NCBI GenBank assembly: GCA_018715245.1
Contig: DVLZ01000025.1
Span: 31,737 to 71,736, forward strand
Direction: 5' to 3'
Length of the DNA: 40,000 nt
From: Candidatus Aphodousia faecavium
GTDB taxonomy: Bacteria; Pseudomonadota; Gammaproteobacteria; Burkholderiales; Burkholderiaceae_F
The notes below the pieces were generated by a model, which worked only from the letters and a program-made list of their open reading frames with translations, did not search any database and was not told where the DNA came from. Shown here piece after piece: positions 27,886-37,950 of the stretch. Positions within the stretch are counted from its first letter, which is position 1. Every line of letters starts with the position of its first letter. The position numbers and the translations under genes were made by a program.

Positions 27886-28671
27886 ATGCAATTTCAACAA
27901 ATTCGAAGTGCGACCAGCATCGTTACGTTCGGTGGGGTTCGTTTTTTGATTGATCCGATGTTGGCACCTGCCAATACTTATCCTGTTTTCCCAGACACTC
28001 CGGTTTGTGCCCAAGGCAATCCAACGATTGAGTTGCCGTGTCCGGTTGAAGAGCTTTTTAACGTTGATGCAGTCATCGTCACCCATTGGCATCTTGACCA
28101 TTTCGATGATGTTGCCATGCAAATTTTGCCCAAGACACTTCCCATTTTCGCTCAAAACACCCAAGAAGCGGAAATGATGAATGCGCTGGGTTTTAACAAA
28201 ATCATCGTATTAAGTGAAGAGGGAGTGGCATTTAAGAACATCACTTTAACGAAAACGCCGTGCGATCATGGTCGCACCGATCTTGTCACTGAGCACTTTT
28301 ATAAATTAAGCGGTTATACCGATCAAGCAAGTGGTGTTTTATTTAAAACCGCAGCAGAAGAGAGGATTTTTTACCTGGCTGGTGACACCGTTTACTACGA
28401 AGGAGTTCGCGAGACTATCGAAAAATACAAACCCGATGTTGTTGCCGTTAATGCAGCAGGAGCTCAAGCTCCCAAAGGTCATCCTTTGATTATGAACGAA
28501 TATGATATTTGGGCCTTGATGCAGGATTTCCCACAAATTCAAGTCATTGCTACTCACGTGGAAGGTGTCTCTCACGCAACGGTCACCCGGCAATCATTAA
28601 GAGAGTTTGCTGAGGCTAAAGGTCTTCAAAAACTCTTTATTCCTGCCGACGGCGAAGTATTGAGTTTCTAA
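27886..28671 (+). CDS. MBL-fold metallo-hydrolase
   Basis: The product is 261 aa. It carries THWHLDHF (HxHxDH) and downstream His/Asp ligands (CDHG, ATHVEG). Confidence 0.8.
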   Translation: MQFQQIRSATSIVTFGGVRFLIDPMLAPANTYPVFPDTPVCAQGNPTIELPCPVEELFNVDAVIVTHWHLDHFDDVAMQILPKTLPIFAQNTQEAEMMNALGFNKIIVLSEEGVAFKNITLTKTPCDHGRTDLVTEHFYKLSGYTDQASGVLFKTAAEERIFYLAGDTVYYEGVRETIEKYKPDVVAVNAAGAQAPKGHPLIMNEYDIWALMQDFPQIQVIATHVEGVSHATVTRQSLREFAEAKGLQKLFIPADGEVLSF

Positions 28672-28677
28672 AATTCT

Positions 28678-28911
28678 TCAGCCTTGATTGTCAGGGAGCG
28701 GCAAAAAGCCGCTCTTTTCATTTCCGCAGCCGGGACAAGTAAAGTAGTCCGGTAAGTCATTAAAAGCCGTTCCCGGCGGTATATCGAATTCTTCACAACC
28801 CTCTTGAGGATCGTAGACATACCAACAGACCTTACATTGCATTTTGGTTTGTGGACCGATGCGCTCCCGATTCAACCGATCCAATACTTTATCTATTGTT
28901 TCTTGTGGCAT
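28678..28911 (-). CDS. hupI: Rubredoxin, hydrogenase-associated
   Basis: The motifs CKVCWYVYDP...CPGCG are present. It is the last gene of the hup minus-strand operon. Confidence 0.85.
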   Translation of the reverse strand: MPQETIDKVLDRLNRERIGPQTKMQCKVCWYVYDPQEGCEEFDIPPGTAFNDLPDYFTCPGCGNEKSGFLPLPDNQG

Positions 28912-28920
28912 GAACTCGCC

Positions 28921-29703
28921 TCAGAGTCTACCGCTAGCCAAATCTTCTTTGAGCCAACTTAAAATTTCGTCGCAACGCTTAGCACCTGATTGCATCTGCT
29001 CAATCGACTCTCCGACTTCCGGGGGCATCTTCGTCACAACGTAGGCATCAAAAAGTGCTTTACCCGCATTATTGAAGATTCGATTACGCCATATGCCTTT
29101 TTTGGCTGTGCTTTGGATATGAGCTCTGGCAAAACCGGAAATACTGATATCGATAACGCCTTTACCCAACACTTTTTCGATAAATTCCCCATCAGCCGGA
29201 CTTAACGGTTGTCTGGAAATCTCAACCGTATAGGGTGGTTCAAATGATAGTGATTGCAGATCTTCAGTCCGTTGAGCACTTGATAGCTCTTGAAGAATCG
29301 CAGAAGCGGCAAAGACACCCTCGGGCGTCTGAGTCGGCACCGTCAAGAATTCATCAGACAAATTCTTTAAAAGCACATCAGGAACACAAACCACTTCAAA
29401 GCGGTCGACTCCGTTTTCCTGAATTCGCCACAGGCCTTCAATCATTGTCTCTTCCAGACGGATACTATCCCCCACTGTCGCCCGAACTTCACCGCTACCG
29501 ACCGTAGCCAAAATAAATTGAAGGTGGTTGGGATCAAATCGGTCAAACGGTACCGTCAATAAAGGCTTGTTTTCTTCAGAACCTTTCGAAAAAAGCGCCG
29601 CTTGCACTTCTAGCAAAAATTTCACTGTCGCCTCTGCAGCAGCATGCTCCGTTTGCGCATCCAAGTCGACATTAATCCAACGATTCGATGACATCTGAGT
29701 CAT
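28921..29703 (-). CDS. hupH: Hydrogenase expression/formation protein HupH (HyaF family)
   Basis: A 260-aa ORF lies between the hupG-like and rubredoxin genes. The call rests on size and order in the canonical hupSLCDFGHI arrangement. Confidence 0.65.
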   Translation of the reverse strand: MTQMSSNRWINVDLDAQTEHAAAEATVKFLLEVQAALFSKGSEENKPLLTVPFDRFDPNHLQFILATVGSGEVRATVGDSIRLEETMIEGLWRIQENGVDRFEVVCVPDVLLKNLSDEFLTVPTQTPEGVFAASAILQELSSAQRTEDLQSLSFEPPYTVEISRQPLSPADGEFIEKVLGKGVIDISISGFARAHIQSTAKKGIWRNRIFNNAGKALFDAYVVTKMPPEVGESIEQMQSGAKRCDEILSWLKEDLASGRL

Positions 29704-29722
29704 TTTTCACCTCAAAATTCAA

Positions 29723-30202
29723 TCACGCATCACATCGGGCAGATTGCGCCGGCATGATAGCAATCGTGCGCGCAGCAGGTTTATCCCGAAGGACAATTTC
29801 GGACAAAAGCGAGCAATACTCACTCCAGGTCTTGAGCCCTTGAACTGCACCGAGAAAATCACTGTCGCGGAAAATAGCCACCGCAGGCATCGAGCGCAAT
29901 CCCCAACGCGAGGCCATGCTTCGGGCTTCTTTAAATTGAGCCCATGCTGTAGCGGCCAGCGTCCCGCTGAAAGCTTTTTTCAGCTCCGGCGCAATCACCG
30001 CCATATCCATGGTTGTTTTTCTTTCATTGGGATCATCAGCAAAAACCAGCATCTTCAATCCCTCAATTTTGAGAAATTCCTCCAACTGAGATGAATCAAT
30101 GAGACTGAAGCCTGCCTGACCGAACAGACGCTTAAAGGCCGGATGCTCGGCTATATCCAAACGATTGATTTCTGCTGTAACGGCATTGAACGCTTTGGGC
30201 AT
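29723..30202 (-). CDS. hupG: Hydrogenase maturation chaperone HupG (HyaE-like thioredoxin fold)
   Basis: The product is 159 aa from ATG 30202, with AAGGAG 6 nt upstream. The call rests on position after hupF and on ..LKMLVFADDPNERKTTMDMAVIAPEL... Confidence 0.65.
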   Translation of the reverse strand: MPKAFNAVTAEINRLDIAEHPAFKRLFGQAGFSLIDSSQLEEFLKIEGLKMLVFADDPNERKTTMDMAVIAPELKKAFSGTLAATAWAQFKEARSMASRWGLRSMPAVAIFRDSDFLGAVQGLKTWSEYCSLLSEIVLRDKPAARTIAIMPAQSARCDA

Positions 30203-30212
30203 TGTCAACTCC

Positions 30213-30554
30213 TTATTCAATCACTTTCTTACCGACTAAAGCAGCTAAATGAGGCGGCAATCGGGATGAGTCGCTTTGCAAATCTGCAAAACTATTCTCT
30301 ATCTGCGCTTCATCGGCTTGTCCTTGCATAACCTTTTGCACACAATTGAGCGCGGCTTGAATTTTCATTGCTTCCTCTGCCTGAACGACACGCAAGGCGT
30401 TGCCTCTGAAAACCAGGACGTAATCACCCACCGCAACGGATTCAATCAAGGAGGTATCCACCCGTTCGACTTGATCGCCGTCTTGCACATCGGCACTGGT
30501 TCCACTGGCTGTGTTATGCAAGGAAATCACTTTTTTAGGAATCGCTATACACAT
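30213..30554 (-). CDS. hupF: HypC-family chaperone HupF
   Basis: From ATG 30554 the product begins MCIAIPKKV, the HypC/HupF N-terminal Cys signature. It is 113 aa. Confidence 0.8.
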   Translation of the reverse strand: MCIAIPKKVISLHNTASGTSADVQDGDQVERVDTSLIESVAVGDYVLVFRGNALRVVQAEEAMKIQAALNCVQKVMQGQADEAQIENSFADLQSDSSRLPPHLAALVGKKVIE

Positions 30555-30583
30555 TTCTTCACCGACTATCGAGCAGTTAAGAC

Positions 30584-31189
30584 TTACTTCAAAAATCGCA
30601 CATCTGCAAAGCGACAAGCCTCGTTCTCGGACGGTCGCCCTTCTTCATAAGGTGTACGCTCAAGTGTGGCTTCTCCGAGCGGTACAACCTCTTCGTAGGC
30701 ATCTCGTTTTCGTGGAGCAAACCCCCACGCAATCATTTGCTCTTGGGCGGCTTGAAGAGCAGGCTCAATTTGCTCGTTGACAATGCCGGTCAAACTGCCT
30801 CCGTAATCTTCAAGCTCCAGAGGTTGAACACCCACCACGGTGATGGCTTGCGGCTCATAACCGGATAAAGAGGCTGTAACCAGAACATCATTCATGCCGG
30901 CCTGATGGGCCGAAATCTTAGTTGATGCCCAAAGCCTGATCTCTTCATTTCTCAAGACTTTCAGCGTGCCCGGTTGATCTTTAAAGTCACAACAGTCAAA
31001 AATCAAAAGACGCTTAGCCTCCATCACCTCATTGATAAGATAAGCGCCCAACGTCCCTCCGTCAATGACTCTGACCACCGGATCATCGGCAAAGCGACGA
31101 TGGTAGGCTTCTACCGCCCTAACGCCGAATCCTTCATCGGCCCAGAGAATATTGCCGATTCCAATAACAAGCACTTCATATTTAGGCAT
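30584..31189 (-). CDS. hupD: Hydrogenase maturation endopeptidase
   Basis: From ATG 31189 the product begins MPKYEVLVIGIGNILWADEGFGVRAVE, matching the GxGNxxxxDxGxG pattern of the HyaD/HybD family. Confidence 0.85.
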   Translation of the reverse strand: MPKYEVLVIGIGNILWADEGFGVRAVEAYHRRFADDPVVRVIDGGTLGAYLINEVMEAKRLLIFDCCDFKDQPGTLKVLRNEEIRLWASTKISAHQAGMNDVLVTASLSGYEPQAITVVGVQPLELEDYGGSLTGIVNEQIEPALQAAQEQMIAWGFAPRKRDAYEEVVPLGEATLERTPYEEGRPSENEACRFADVRFLK

Positions 31190-31298
31190 CTCAGATCCGT
31201 CTACAAGCATCTGCAAAAAGGTTGCTCTAGAGCAAGAAAGAGGCTTGAGAAGCAACTCACTGACAACTTCTCAAGCCCAAGTCTCATCAACAGCTGTC

Positions 31299-32009
31299 TC
31301 AGTGATGAGTTTCTTTAAACATTCTCAAGCCGGTTGACATAGACGACAGAGTCGTCGCCCCTCCCATCACATCCTCTCTAAAGGACATGTAAATATGGGC
31401 AATCGAAAAGAGAATGAACACGTACATACAGGCATGGTGGACTGTACGGACAGTCTGAGCGTCGCCTGCGAGACTAAAGACCCAGCCGAACCAAGCCATC
31501 CAGCTGACATCCCAACCCCAAGCCTGTGCATAAAGAGCAAAGCCCGTGATAATCACCACAAAACTGCCCAACACAAACATGGCAAACATAGCTAATTGTG
31601 CCAAGGGGTTGTGCCCGGCGTACTCCGGTGCCGTCTTCTTGATAAAGAGGTAGTACAGCACTTGGGCTATAACCCCTTTCCACCACTTCACGGACCAAAG
31701 CGGCGGAATAAAGATCATGCGGGCGTAGCGATTACCGACAATTGCCCAAAAGATCCGGTAGATAAAGAGTACGGTAAAAATCATGCCGGCAATAAAATGG
31801 GCCAAACGGATATAACCGAAATCATATGTCGACCAAGTATCTCCCAGATTGGCAACCATGGGGGCTCCGATCAAAAAACCGGTCACAATCATTACCGCCA
31901 TGCACAGGGCCATCGCCCAGTGCCAAATTCTCACCGGGGCTTCCCACACATAAATGGGGTGAGTTCCGCCCGTCGGATCAACTTCAAAAGTGACAGGATC
32001 AATTCTCAT
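31299..32009 (-). CDS. hupC: Ni/Fe-hydrogenase b-type cytochrome subunit
   Basis: The product is 236 aa from ATG 32009, with GGAGGA upstream. It has four hydrophobic helices with conserved His residues (WHWAMAL.., RLAHFIAG.., HNPLAQ.., HHACMYV). Confidence 0.85.
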   Translation of the reverse strand: MRIDPVTFEVDPTGGTHPIYVWEAPVRIWHWAMALCMAVMIVTGFLIGAPMVANLGDTWSTYDFGYIRLAHFIAGMIFTVLFIYRIFWAIVGNRYARMIFIPPLWSVKWWKGVIAQVLYYLFIKKTAPEYAGHNPLAQLAMFAMFVLGSFVVIITGFALYAQAWGWDVSWMAWFGWVFSLAGDAQTVRTVHHACMYVFILFSIAHIYMSFREDVMGGATTLSSMSTGLRMFKETHH

Positions 32010-32020
32010 AAACGATCCTC

Positions 32021-33787
32021 CTAGCGAACCCGCACATTGCAAAGCTCGTGTCCCTGCGGATCCAGAACGTGCGTAGCACAAGCCAAGCACGGGTCAAAAC
32101 TGTGAATCGTGCGGATGATTTCCAAAGGCCGTTGCGGATCGGCAACCGGCGTCCCGATTAAGGACGTTTCAAAGGCTCCTTGAAGTCCTTCGGGGCTACG
32201 GGGCGAGGCATTCCAGGTTGTCGGAACAATCGCCTGCCAGTTTTCGATACGTGTATCCTTAATGACACACCAGTGACCCAGTGCTCCGCGAGGGGCCTCG
32301 CAGAAACCGACACCACGACACTCTTTAGGCCACGTCTTCGGTTCCCACAATTCCATATTGGCTGCCGTTTCATCGCCCGACTTGATATTGGCAATCAAGT
32401 CATCGACATACTGCACCATTTTGTGGGCTGTCCAGTCGCACTCCAACGCACGCGCTGCATGGCGACCCAATGTAGAGTAAACAGCCTCAAGCGGCAAATT
32501 GAGTTCTTTAAGAAGCTCAAGGGCAGGTTCTTTAAAGGGCTTAACATCCTTGGCAATGGAAACAATAAGCCGGGCAAGGGGGCCCACTTCCATCATGTGG
32601 CCTTTCCAACGCGGGCTCTTAATCCACGAATATTTACCTTTTTCACCCAGCCATTCAAACTTGGTCTTCGTGCCTACCGATCCTTCAGGTAATTCAAAGG
32701 CCTGATCCGTCACACCTTCCCAGGGGTGCAGACCTTGTTTACCTTCCGGGTATTTGTACCAGGAATGATCCACAAATTCCTGAATTTGCGTCGGATCGCG
32801 CAAATCCACTTCGTGCACATGCGTAAGATCCCCATCAATGATGGCACCCGAAGGCATCTGAAGCGACTTTTCGGACCAATCGTTGGCGATTTCAGGGAAA
32901 TCACCGTAGCAGAGCACATTCTTTTTGACGATGCCACCGCCGTATTTGAACCATTCCGGATAGAAGGAGGCAATGGCTTTGATATCCGGCAGATAAACAT
33001 TGCGAACAAATTCCACGGACTGCTTAGCAATATCACGCATGTAGTTCATTGTGACTTCATTGATCATATTGCCTGCGGCACCGGAGTCGTGCATGTTAAT
33101 CGGGCAAGCGACACCACCCACCAAGTAGTTCGGATGAGGATTTTTCCCACCCAAAATCGTGTGGATTTTGATGATTTCACGTTGGAAGTCTAACGCTTCC
33201 AAATAGTGAGTGACCGCCAAAAGGTTCACGGCAGGGGGCAATTTCATAGCCGGATGTCCCCAGTAACCGTTGGCAAAAATGCCCAACTGACCGGAGGCCA
33301 CAAACTTCTTCATACGATTCTGTACATCGCGGAAGTAGCCCGGTGAACTCAGCGGGTGATGAGGGCTGATTTTCTTTTGCAGCTCTGAGACCTCACGGGG
33401 ATCGGCCGACAAAGAGCTGACCACGTCCACCCAGTCCAGAGCAGACAACTGATAAAAGTGAACAATGTGATCATGCGTATAAAGCGTTGCATTCATCAAA
33501 TTGCGAATGATGTTTGCATTTTTCGGAATTTTGATCCCGATTGCGTCTTCCACGCTTCTGACCGCTGCCAAAGCATGAATACCGGTGCACACCCCGCAGA
33601 TACGTTCAACAAATGCCCAAGCATCACGCGGGTCTCGTCCCTTGAGAATCACTTCCAACCCACGCCACATTGTCCCTGTACTCTGGGAATCCGTAATGAC
33701 ATTGCCGCCATTACCCAAGACGGCCTGTACACGCAGATGACCTTCAATACGCGTAACAGGATCAACAACAATACGACGGTCTGCCAT
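32021..33787 (-). CDS. hupL: [NiFe]-hydrogenase large subunit (group 1, uptake)
   Basis: The N-terminal motifs are RIEGH and ERICGVCTGIH. The C-terminal motif is DPCLACATHV, followed by a cleavable tail. Confidence 0.95.
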   Translation of the reverse strand: MADRRIVVDPVTRIEGHLRVQAVLGNGGNVITDSQSTGTMWRGLEVILKGRDPRDAWAFVERICGVCTGIHALAAVRSVEDAIGIKIPKNANIIRNLMNATLYTHDHIVHFYQLSALDWVDVVSSLSADPREVSELQKKISPHHPLSSPGYFRDVQNRMKKFVASGQLGIFANGYWGHPAMKLPPAVNLLAVTHYLEALDFQREIIKIHTILGGKNPHPNYLVGGVACPINMHDSGAAGNMINEVTMNYMRDIAKQSVEFVRNVYLPDIKAIASFYPEWFKYGGGIVKKNVLCYGDFPEIANDWSEKSLQMPSGAIIDGDLTHVHEVDLRDPTQIQEFVDHSWYKYPEGKQGLHPWEGVTDQAFELPEGSVGTKTKFEWLGEKGKYSWIKSPRWKGHMMEVGPLARLIVSIAKDVKPFKEPALELLKELNLPLEAVYSTLGRHAARALECDWTAHKMVQYVDDLIANIKSGDETAANMELWEPKTWPKECRGVGFCEAPRGALGHWCVIKDTRIENWQAIVPTTWNASPRSPEGLQGAFETSLIGTPVADPQRPLEIIRTIHSFDPCLACATHVLDPQGHELCNVRVR

Positions 33788-34884
33788 TATTCTTCCCTCC
33801 CGAGATCTTTATTGGTCTTTTTGGCTCGCGCTTGAGCGACAGCTGACAATGCTGCATGAGCGATAGCTGCGGCGCCGACCACCCCAACTGTGGCCAGGCC
33901 CACCTTATCGACAGTCGATTCAATTCCACCGAAACCGGGCGGCAGAATCGTCGTTTCGTGTTCGTAAAACGATCCTTTATCAAAGAAATTCGGTTCAGAG
34001 CAACCGATGCATCCATGACCAGACTGCACCGGCCAAGACAAACCTTCGTTCCACCGAATTGTGGAGCAAGCATTGTATGTCGTCGGACCTTTGCAGCCGA
34101 CCTTGTAGAGGCAATACCCGAGTTTGGCACCCTCATCGTCGAATTTTTCGACAAATTGACCGGCATCGAAGTGCGCTCTGCGGTAGCACTTATCGTGAAT
34201 GCGCTGCCCGTAGAACATCTTGGGACGACCCAAACGATCCAAAGGCGGAATCCGATCGTAAGTAAGAATATAAGTCACGACGGCCGTCATCACTTCAGGA
34301 ATCGGCGGACAACCGGGCACCAACACAATGGGCTTATCCGTAATAATTTCTGTAATAGGGACTGAATGCGTGGGATTGGGTTTGGCAGCCTGCACGCATC
34401 CCCAGGCCGCACAAGAGCCCCAACCGATCACGGCTTTTGCACCGGCTGCTACGTGTTTAATCTTTTGCAGGAAAGTTTCTCCCGCAGGAATGCAATTGAT
34501 GCCGTCTTCATTCAAAGGCACATTGCCTTCTACGGCCAAGATGTAATTGCCCTTGTACTTAGTGATTGTCTCTTCGAGCGCTGCCTCTGCCTGATGGCCT
34601 GCTGCTGCCATAATCGTATCATCGTAGTCAAGAGAGATCATCGACAAAACTAAGTCTTTGGCTACAGGATGATAGGAACGGATAAACGATTCCGTGCAAC
34701 ACGTGCATTCCAAACCGTGAAGCCAAACCACTGGCATTCTCGGCTTCGTTTCAATGGCCTGGGCAATTTCCTGAGCGCCGGCGCTGCCCAAACCCAAACT
34801 GGCAGCCGTCAGTGAGCAAAATTGCAAAAAGCTGCGGCGGCTGACTCCTTGGCGTCGCAACGCTTCATATTGAGTTTCATACAT
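33787..34884 (-). CDS. hupS: [NiFe]-hydrogenase small subunit with Tat signal
   Basis: From ATG 34884 (AAGGAGA 9 nt upstream) the product begins [33 protein letters not shown], which carries a twin-arginine signal. Fe-S cysteine clusters are present. The stop overlaps the hupL start (TAATG). Confidence 0.95.
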   Translation of the reverse strand: MYETQYEALRRQGVSRRSFLQFCSLTAASLGLGSAGAQEIAQAIETKPRMPVVWLHGLECTCCTESFIRSYHPVAKDLVLSMISLDYDDTIMAAAGHQAEAALEETITKYKGNYILAVEGNVPLNEDGINCIPAGETFLQKIKHVAAGAKAVIGWGSCAAWGCVQAAKPNPTHSVPITEIITDKPIVLVPGCPPIPEVMTAVVTYILTYDRIPPLDRLGRPKMFYGQRIHDKCYRRAHFDAGQFVEKFDDEGAKLGYCLYKVGCKGPTTYNACSTIRWNEGLSWPVQSGHGCIGCSEPNFFDKGSFYEHETTILPPGFGGIESTVDKVGLATVGVVGAAAIAHAALSAVAQARAKKTNKDLGREE

Positions 34885-35177
34885 AAAGGGGTTCTCCTTA
34901 GCCTTTCGCCTGCCATGATTCAAACAAAAAGGCCTGCTAAGTAAGACGTTCTCTCGTCCTTGATTAGATTGTATGACACGAAAAGTCCAACACTTACAGG
35001 CAAACGCAGTGTTTTATTACACCAAAGGGGTATATTTTGCTCAATTTGTTATATTTTCTTTTATTTTTATACGATTTTTCAAAATCTTCTTGAAATATGT
35101 CCGAATCGGTACGGTTTTGATCACTATTTAAAGTTAATTCAGAGTAGTCTGAAAAAAAGCTTTTTTAAGAGGTTGTT

Positions 35178-35678
35178 GTGCTTGACCGTAATCATTGCCC
35201 GGCCGGTGAATTCGAGGCCGAATTTACCCGAATTTATAACCAGCACATGAAGAGTCTGCCCATCTGCAACAGCCGATTGCAGGTGAGGGCTATTGACTTT
35301 CAGCCGTATAGGAAACACTGGATCGGAGCGTTAGTGACTCCTTGGTCAATTTTGGTCGTGCTTGCCCGGGGCGAGTATTCAACGTGGCCTGACATTTTGG
35401 AAGGGAAAATTGCTCCTGTTACCCTTCCAGCTGGGCAATTCAGTTTTCTCGGCATGAAAAGTGAGCGCCTGGGGTCTTTTTTATCCTGTTCGCTGATGAG
35501 CCCGGTCGATCCCCTTTATAACCAAAGAGCGGCTGAGAATTTTGCTGCCCGGGCACTTAACCTAATGCTCAGTACCTCTTCGGAGCTTTCTGAAAAGGAG
35601 AAAATCAAACCGGCAAGTCTGCCGCAATCTCTGTCTCGACGAGATTTCTTCAGCCCCGTACCAAAGGAGGTGAAGTAA
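35178..35678 (+). CDS. hupJ: Hydrogenase assembly chaperone HupJ (HybE family)
   Basis: The gene starts at a GTG with AAGAGG upstream. The sequence ..FTRIYNQHMKSLPICNSRLQVRAIDFQPYRKHWIGALVTPWSILVVLA matches the HybE pattern. Confidence 0.7.
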   Translation: MLDRNHCPAGEFEAEFTRIYNQHMKSLPICNSRLQVRAIDFQPYRKHWIGALVTPWSILVVLARGEYSTWPDILEGKIAPVTLPAGQFSFLGMKSERLGSFLSCSLMSPVDPLYNQRAAENFAARALNLMLSTSSELSEKEKIKPASLPQSLSRRDFFSPVPKEVK

Positions 35679-35679
35679 A

Positions 35680-36750
35680 TTGCACAGCCCCGATTTGACC
35701 TCAGTGTCTTTACTCGTTAAAGAAAAAAATCATGCCCTGCAGGTTGATCTGCATAACCACCGGACTACGGTTATTTCGAAAACCGTTCAATCTCTGGGAG
35801 CAGACAAAGCACCTGACATTCTTCGATCGCTACTGGGGCTTTGTCCCATTGCTCAGGTTTGTGCATTTGAAGCTGCCCGAGAAGCTGCCACCGGTCAAAC
35901 TATCAAAAATTTAAGTAATCGCAACAAACTGATCACCGCCGAGGCTGTTCTTGAAACGATCCGCGTACTGAGCATGGATTTACAGCCCTTTACCATTCAC
36001 GGGAAAGTGAGCCCGGAGAGTCTTCGAACAATCGGAGAGCTCCGAGGCAGACTTTGGGAGCTATCGAAGTCACCGACTCAAGATAATGTCGCTTTAGAGA
36101 ACTTTTTAGCCGACCTTAAAGCGCTTGTCATCTTGTGGTTTGCACGTGAAAAAATTGCCATCAATGCCATCAAACACACATTTGAACGGTTCGATGACAT
36201 GCCTATGAGCGGTCAAGCACTTCTTTTTCCTGAAGAGATTCATAAAAAAGAAATTTTGAAGCTTTTCGTAAACATCCTTCAGGACTATCCTGATTGGGCA
36301 GTTTCTCCTCAGTGGGCAGGGGCTCGTATTCCCGGAGCCTTGGCTCGGATCAGAAGCGTACAAAATCAAGGAAGACGCAATGATTTTCGGGTCAGGGACC
36401 TGGTGCTGGCAAGACTTGAAGAGCTAAAGAACTACGCCTCGAGTCTGCTACCGGCCTTTACCATTGAGAGCTATTCTTTGGAGCAGGGTTGGGGGGCAGG
36501 AGTCGTTGAAACCGCTCGCGGAACCCTCATGCATTTTCTTCGGTTTGAAAACGGACAAATGCAGTACCACATCGTAGCCCCCACTGAATGGGCTTTTCAG
36601 GAAGAAAGTCCGATGGTCGAAGTCATGAACCGCTACGCCAATAAAAGAATCGGAGCCGTGAAGTCAATTGTGACCGGTATTAACCTCATAGCCTGCGCCT
36701 TTGATCCTTGTACCCGCGTGACCGTTCAGTGGCCCCAAAAGGAGGTCTGA
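35680..36750 (+). CDS. hupK: HupK (large-subunit-like scaffold protein)
   Basis: The product is 356 aa from a TTG start, with AAGGAGG upstream. It has large-subunit-like ends (..LLGLCPIAQVCAFEAA.. and ..IACAFDPCTRV) with a reduced Cys set, as in HupK/HoxV. Confidence 0.7.
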   Translation: MHSPDLTSVSLLVKEKNHALQVDLHNHRTTVISKTVQSLGADKAPDILRSLLGLCPIAQVCAFEAAREAATGQTIKNLSNRNKLITAEAVLETIRVLSMDLQPFTIHGKVSPESLRTIGELRGRLWELSKSPTQDNVALENFLADLKALVILWFAREKIAINAIKHTFERFDDMPMSGQALLFPEEIHKKEILKLFVNILQDYPDWAVSPQWAGARIPGALARIRSVQNQGRRNDFRVRDLVLARLEELKNYASSLLPAFTIESYSLEQGWGAGVVETARGTLMHFLRFENGQMQYHIVAPTEWAFQEESPMVEVMNRYANKRIGAVKSIVTGINLIACAFDPCTRVTVQWPQKEV

Positions 36751-37094
36751 TGCACGAATTATCCATTGCCGAAGGCGTCATCGAGATTGTGCAACGAACG
36801 GCACAGGCTAACCATGTCAACCGAGTAAAAAGCGTGCGCATCGCTGTCGGTGAGCTTGCCGGGGTTGATATTGAAAGTCTGCGCTTTGCCTGGCATTCCG
36901 TCACACAAAACGGTTGTGCTCAAGGTGCCGAACTCGTCATTGACAGGCCCCCCGGCAAAGCCTGGTGCATGGACTGTTCACTTGAAGTGCCCTTAAAACG
37001 CTACGGAGAAGCTTGTCCGCACTGCGGCGGATATCACCTGACGGCCACCGGCGGAACTGAATTGAAAGTCATTGACATTGTGGCCGATGACTAA
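36750..37094 (+). CDS. hypA: Hydrogenase nickel insertion protein HypA
   Basis: The product begins MHELSIAEGV... and carries the CMDC...CPHCGG zinc site. The ATG overlaps the hupK stop (ATGA-type junction). Confidence 0.9.
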   Translation: MHELSIAEGVIEIVQRTAQANHVNRVKSVRIAVGELAGVDIESLRFAWHSVTQNGCAQGAELVIDRPPGKAWCMDCSLEVPLKRYGEACPHCGGYHLTATGGTELKVIDIVADD

Positions 37095-37125
37095 AACGAA
37101 TAATTAGTTGAGAATAAGGAGTTCA

Positions 37126-37938
37126 ATGATGTGTACAACCTGCGGTTGCGGCGGCAACCACCCTCATACTCATACGCACGTCGATGAAAACGGCAATCTC
37201 ATCACGCACACGCATGAGCATCATGAACATCAGCACGGAGAGCCGGACTTGCACTCTCACGATGCAGCTGTCGGCACCGAACGCGCCATTGCGATTGAAG
37301 AAGACATCCTGTCACGCAACAATGCGGTGGCCAATGAAAACCGTGACTATTTCCGACAAAAGCATATCCTCGCCCTGAATTTTGTCTCCAGTCCCGGCTC
37401 GGGCAAGACAGAGCTACTTTGTGCAACGATTAAAGCTGCCGGTGAGAAACTCACCATCAGTGTCATTGAAGGCGACCAACAAACCAGCAATGATGCCGAG
37501 CGGGTTCGGGCTACTGGTGTTCAAGCCCATCAGATCAATACGGGTAAGGGCTGTCACCTTGATGCCGAACAGGTTCGTCACGCACTCGGCCATATGCAGC
37601 TGTCCGATAACTCAGTGCTCTTTATTGAAAACGTAGGCAATCTCGTCTGCCCTGCCGAATTTGATCTCGGCGAAGCCCATAAGGTAGTCATTCTCTCGGT
37701 AACTGAAGGCGAAGACAAACCGCTCAAATACCCCGACATGTTCAGAGCGTCCGACGTAATGATCATCAACAAGGTCGATCTTCTTGCCTACGTCAACTTC
37801 AATATCGAAGCGTGTGAAGAATATGCCCGGCGAGTCAACCCGAAAATTCAGATTCTCAGAGTCTCCTCCACCAAAGGCGATGGGCTCGATAAATGGATCA
37901 CGTGGCTTGAAGCTCAAAAAACCTTGGCCAGCCTATAA
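37126..37938 (+). CDS. hypB: Hydrogenase nickel GTPase HypB
   Basis: The product begins M(M)CTTCGCG, followed by a His-rich stretch (HPHTHTHVDENGNLITHTHEHHEHQH) and the P-loop SSPGSGKT. AAGGAG lies upstream. The TTG at 37108 in the track is unlikely to be the start. Confidence 0.9.
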   Translation: MMCTTCGCGGNHPHTHTHVDENGNLITHTHEHHEHQHGEPDLHSHDAAVGTERAIAIEEDILSRNNAVANENRDYFRQKHILALNFVSSPGSGKTELLCATIKAAGEKLTISVIEGDQQTSNDAERVRATGVQAHQINTGKGCHLDAEQVRHALGHMQLSDNSVLFIENVGNLVCPAEFDLGEAHKVVILSVTEGEDKPLKYPDMFRASDVMIINKVDLLAYVNFNIEACEEYARRVNPKIQILRVSSTKGDGLDKWITWLEAQKTLASL

Positions 37939-37950
37939 CGGGAAAAAGCC

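Noticed and set aside
34885-35177. Sigma-54 (-24 GG / -12 GC) promoter for the hup or hyp operons
   Set aside because: Inspection of both strands found no TGGCAC-N5-TTGC-like element. The only TGGCA (in tggcaggcgaaaggc) lacks the TTGC and abuts the hupS SD.
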